Origin: Podarcis melisellensis
Taxonomy: Eukaryota
Strand: one strand, 5' to 3'
Length of the DNA stretch: 64,000 bases
Assembly (NCBI GenBank): GCA_964234715.1
Contig: OZ174276.1
This document shows, piece by piece, positions 61,003 through 64,000 of the stretch (its first letter is position 1; each line of letters begins with the position of its first letter). The notes under the pieces are model-generated. The model saw only the letters and a program-made list of their open reading frames with translations, was not told where the DNA came from and did no database searches. The position numbers and the translations under genes were made by a program.

Positions 61003-63170
61003 TCACACACCATGGAAAAGGAAGTGTTTTGCAGAAGGAATCTGGAGGGCAACAGTGGACTCGAAGCATCTGGAGAGTCATGTGAAATAAGGCTAGGCTA
61101 CAGGTCCTCTCTACAGGGACGCGGGTGGCGCTGTGAGTAAAACCTCAGTGCCTAGGACTTGCCGATCGTATGGTCGGCGGTTCGAATCCCCGCGGCGGTC
61201 CGAGCGCCTGCCAACCTAGCAGTTCGAAAGCACTCTTAAATGCAAGTAGATAAATAGGGACCGCTTTATAGCGGGAAGGTAAACGGCGTTTCCGTGTGCT
61301 GCGCTGGTGTTGGCTTGCCAGCTGCAGCTTCGTCACGCTGGCCACGTGACCCGGAAGTGTCTTCGGACGGCGCCGGCTCACGGCCTCTAGAGCGAGATGA
61401 GCGCGCAACACTAGAGTCGGACATGACTGGCCCATACCGGCAGGGGGTACCTTTACCTTTTACAGGTCCTCCCAAGCAGAACCTAACATATTCATATTGC
61501 TTATGTCAAAATCAAAAGGCACACTCTCAAAGCTTTGTTGGAACAGGGCTTTAACGAAGAGAATTGTGTGTGTACCGGGAGATTCCTTATAATAACTTTA
61601 CACAGAGCACTACACAGAAAAGAATGCCGAAGCCTCTTTTCCTCGCTGCCCCATAGATACACTGGAAACCCTGGATCATGGCCAGTGACTGCTAGTCCCA
61701 GCACAAAAAACTTTTCTGCATATAAAACATTCTTCATTTATTTAAAGTAGTTTTCAAATCCCAGAATAAACATCTTGCACAGCAAAACCATTTCAGTTTT
61801 TAGCAAAACAGCCCCAGAAGCTAACAGGGCTACCAATTGCAAGAGGTTACGGTAATAATGGTTTACAGGACATGAGCAGTGTTCAAAACTCCCATTGTTT
61901 TAGGTGCATTTTGTGACAGGGAATTTCATTAGCGCAAGCAGTTTCTGAGCTCTGGGCGCATGTACTGCCCTTAAGATTTCAGATTAAGACTGCAGAGTGG
62001 AAGGAAAGGAGGACCTTTTTCTGTCTCCCCACTTCCAGCTACTCTCTGAAGACTAGAGAAGAGACTCTCTTAAGAATATTAGGGGTGGGCAAGGGAAGAA
62101 TATGTGAAAAATGAACATAATATTTAAGCTGCAGTTCATTCATTTTCAGCTTTGCGTTCTTGTTATTAAAAAAGCGTGTGTAGACATTCCGTTTTTGCAC
62201 CCATAACCTAGGTTTAAGGTACCATTCAGCTCCTAGCGTTCATATCTCAGTTTCAAACACTGTATATGTGCTGGTCTTAGATGCTTCTATACTTCTTACT
62301 ATTCTTACAACCCATAGTCAACAATACATAGTAAGCCAAGCATTCTCGGTTCTTTTTTCTTTGATATACTGTACAGTTTGTCTTTTAAAACAAAGCAGCA
62401 CAAAAAATCTGCAAAAAATAACCCCACCGACCATATGATCTCCAGCAGTGGAGTAATAAAGCATAATGATTTGGGCCTTGCACTGTGCAAAAATACAAAA
62501 TGAAAACCTTCCTGCACAAAATCAGTGCTACTCTAGAGGAAATGGTAAGGGCCATTGCTCTATTACTAGTTCTGTGTTGTTGTTTTTAGAAAACAACATG
62601 ATATTTCTGCAGCAACTTTTGATGAAGATCACAAAGTACTTTACATCTATTAATATCACATGGCTCAGTAGCAATCTAGAAACTGGGGAGAAAAAGAAGA
62701 ACGATATGTTGCAAGAGGCATATGTGGGAAATATATAACTTCTCATGCTGTTCCCCAAATCTAACAACATTTCAGCTTTTACTGTTTCTCATGTTACAAA
62801 AGCTTAGAACAGTGCTTTAACACTTCTACCCTATTCAGGGTCAGACTGTCTCTTTCTTGGCATAAATGCTCTGACACAGTTCAGTTTAGGACACCTTTGC
62901 TCAGGACTCAATTATATTTTAAAATCTAATAAATATTTTGTCAAATTCAGTCTGTATTTCAGAAGCAGATGAAATGTTGCAAACTACTCAGCTTAATAAG
63001 ACTGCAATCTGTTAACATTTTATATTTCATTTATCAGGCTTGGGAATTTACAACAGTTCCTTACTTAATTTCAATTTAGGGGAAGCAACCTCATCATCTT
63101 CAAGCAGAGGTCCCAGCTCTTTCCTCTTTTCTTTAAGAATCTTCTCCAAGATATGAGCATCATTGTAAAC
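37752..63170 (-). CDS. PBRM1: Polybromo-1 (BAF180), last 16 coding exons; 5' part lies beyond the right edge
   Basis: 16 GT-AG exons join in frame (3243 nt, 1080 aa plus stop): BD4 end, BD5, BD6, BAH1, BAH2, HMG box, C-terminus RQAYNIENV*. Confidence 0.98.
38180..38394. mobile_element. Tc1/mariner (Tigger/pogo-like) MITE
   Basis: TA|CAGTGGACCCTC ... GAGGGTCCACTG|TA terminal inverted repeats with TA target duplication. Confidence 0.85.
39166..39382 (-). CDS. PBRM1: PBRM1 exon O (MGILGPPGQQ...KTQRLLHSEAYLKYIEGL...HTLS)
   Basis: ttccag| ... |gtaagt, 217 nt. Confidence 0.96.
40158..40225 (-). CDS. PBRM1: PBRM1 exon N (GVIGQSVSSMVGAPSAGSPFGQQ)
   Basis: atacag| ... |gtaagt, 68 nt. Confidence 0.92.
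42010..42156 (-). CDS. PBRM1: PBRM1 exon M (GMLGGYPPGLPTLQG...PGIPPP), symmetric phase-1 cassette
   Basis: ttcaag| ... |gtaaga, 147 nt. Confidence 0.94.
46099..46263 (-). CDS. PBRM1: PBRM1 exon L (ERAAKVAEQQ...QLTPVA), symmetric phase-1 cassette
   Basis: ttgcag| ... |gtaaaa, 165 nt. Confidence 0.94.
49790..49965 (-). mobile_element. CR1 LINE 3'-end fragment
   Basis: gaatcatagaattggaagggccc...catctagt...cagcctctgcttaaatacctcc is the reverse-strand CR1 3' terminus. Confidence 0.75.
50107..50284 (+). mobile_element. hAT-like MITE
   Basis: Near-match 8-bp TSD CTTTAGAT / CCTTAGAT; gggacccactagtgggtc subterminal palindrome; second copy at 31054. Confidence 0.65.
50385..50697. mobile_element. hAT-Charlie-like MITE
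   Basis: TIRs CAGTGGTTCTCAAACT / AGTTTGGGAACCCCTG; TSD decayed. Confidence 0.7.
50844..51045 (-). CDS. PBRM1: PBRM1 exon K, HMG box (STPKSAKG...KINMSGYILFSSEMR...KKAEYE)
   Basis: ccatag| ... |gtaaat, 202 nt. Confidence 0.96.
51183..51426. mobile_element. Tc1/mariner (Tigger-like) MITE; truncated relative at about 53648-53790
   Basis: TA|CAGTCATACCTTGGTTT ... AAACCAAGGTATGACTG|TA. Confidence 0.88.
51979..52189 (-). CDS. PBRM1: PBRM1 exon J (KPIIPQKEPSP...MPYTPPQ)
   Basis: tcttag| ... |gtaacg, 211 nt. Confidence 0.96.
53143..53326 (-). CDS. PBRM1: PBRM1 exon I (GKCAVLSFKDF...DEIYYFR)
   Basis: tttcag| ... |gtacga, 184 nt. Confidence 0.96.
54317..54474 (-). CDS. PBRM1: PBRM1 exon H (IEKMWVRDGAAYFFGP...PMTCIL)
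   Basis: tttcag| ... |gtaacc, 158 nt. Confidence 0.96.
54644..54789 (-). CDS. PBRM1: PBRM1 exon G (DKEDVPVEM...RPRVGR), start of BAH2
   Basis: ttacag| ... |gtaacc, 146 nt. Confidence 0.96.
55285..55551 (-). CDS. PBRM1: PBRM1 exon F (EYFKLCPENF...HALSLEK)
   Basis: gactag| ... |gtatgc, 267 nt. Confidence 0.96.
55982..56139 (-). CDS. PBRM1: PBRM1 exon E (GEKWLYGCWFYRP...VVMFVK)
   Basis: ttttag| ... |gtgaga, 158 nt. Confidence 0.96.
57035..57220 (-). CDS. PBRM1: PBRM1 exon D (EAEKSEDSSG...ERLWEDSA), start of BAH1
   Basis: aataag| ... |gtaaga, 186 nt. Confidence 0.95.
57609..57971 (-). mobile_element. Full-length Sauria SINE inserted into an older L2-like tail
   Basis: tRNA-derived head, (ACCTTT)n tail, 13-bp TSD ATTTAAAAGGGTA (57596-57608 / 57972-57984). 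Confidence 0.92.
58862..59073 (-). CDS. PBRM1: PBRM1 exon C (TDSEIYEDAVELQQFF...KREEEKR)
   Basis: ttaaag| ... |gtaatt, 212 nt. Confidence 0.96.
59386..59532. mobile_element. Palindromic hAT MITE with an internal 17-bp tandem duplication
   Basis: AGGCAAACTCGGCCCTCCAGATGTTTTGG inverted ends; TSD CTATATCA / GTATATCA; CCAAAACATCTGGAGGG twice (59480-59513). Confidence 0.85.
59907..60069. mobile_element. Penelope-like retroelement remnant with inverted termini
   Basis: 34-bp perfect inverted repeat (59913-59946 / 59990-60023); flanking duplication CAAGCACTAGTAA. Confidence 0.7.
60126..60768 (-). CDS. PBRM1: PBRM1 exon B, bromodomain 5 and most of bromodomain 6
   Basis: ctctag| ... |gtgagt, 643 nt; track ORF 60122-60811. 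Confidence 0.98.
61116..61460 (+). mobile_element. Full-length Sauria SINE
   Basis: GGGACGCGGGTGGCGCTGTG head, GGTTCGAATCC B box, ACCTTTACCTTT tail; flanking duplication TACAGGTCCTC. Confidence 0.92.
63065..63170 (-). CDS. PBRM1: PBRM1 exon A (VYNDAHILEKILKEKRKELGPLLEDDEVASPKLKL), end of bromodomain 4
   Basis: aatag| ... |gtaagg, 106 nt. Confidence 0.94.
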
Positions 63171-64000
63171 CTATTCATCATGAAAATATTTATAAATAAC
63201 AAACAGCAAATGGCTATTAGGATTTTACTTTTTGTTCTAATTAAGAATGAGGAAGTGCATTTGGTAATCTTGTTAACATGACCCAAAGCGCCTACCTAGA
63301 ATGAGCTACAACATTCACATAGCAGCAGGGAAAGCTCTATCCCTACACAAAGAAGATATAGGATCAGGGCCATCTTTGCCATTAGGCAGAAGGTCATCCA
63401 TAAATGCACTGGATTCCGGAATATGTAATGAGCCACCTAAGTGGGGCACAACCCTCTCTTCCATACGCCTCTCTTAAAGGCACGGGAAGCTCCATTAACC
63501 ATAAGGTTATATATGCAAGGCAGGGAAGAGTTTATCTCTGGCATGCCAGATCCCAGTATTGCTAATTCATCAGTATAAGAAGTTAGTTTATTAGCTCCTG
63601 GTGCTCCACTTTCTCAATATTGTTTAGCGTCCTGGCAAAACTACACACAAAATATCTCCAACCCACAATAGGGAAACCACTAATTGATAGTTCGAAAATT
63701 ATGCAAAGGCATTTCTCTGGTCTCATAATCCACTCCATCTCAAGGTCTCATATTGATCATGGTATTTTTTTATGGTATCCTTTGCCACCCAAAGGTGAGT
63801 CTGAATAATATTTGGAGGCTGCTTTACCCAAAAGCTAAGGACAAATATTCATTTTTGCTCTTTTGTATGTGGAGATGGACATATTCTACAAGGTAAGCAA
63901 GGAGCATGCATATAAACTGCTATAAAGAAATTTCACAGCTCATACTTTTAGAAAACCAAAACATACTGTGAAATTCATTTAATGAAATATCAGCATAAGC

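Overview
Vertebrate (squamate) genomic DNA, probably a lacertid-type lizard judging from its Sauria SINE, Bov-B, L2, CR1 and Penelope content. It carries the conserved NT5DC2(-) / SMIM4=UQCC5(+) / PBRM1(-) gene block. I traced by hand 11 coding exons of NT5DC2 (436 codons; the 3' exons lie left of the window), the complete 70-aa SMIM4/UQCC5 CDS, and the last 16 coding exons of PBRM1 (1080 aa: end of BD4, BD5, BD6, BAH1, BAH2, HMG box, C-terminus). All junctions are GT-AG with consistent phases. Most ORFs in the supplied track are intronic noise. No prokaryote-type system (CRISPR etc.) is present. The best leads are: (i) nested inverted repeats around the PBRM1 BD5/BD6 exons that could drive a stop-free 855-nt circRNA; (ii) a candidate cryptic PBRM1 terminal exon/microexon after the HMG box; (iii) a 1.5-kb non-autonomous hAT element with a perfect TSD carrying L2 and CpG-island-like cargo; (iv) RBFOX/NOVA motif clusters around a PBRM1 cassette exon; (v) a start-stop element 1 nt before the UQCC5 ATG. 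All functional interpretations are untested inferences.
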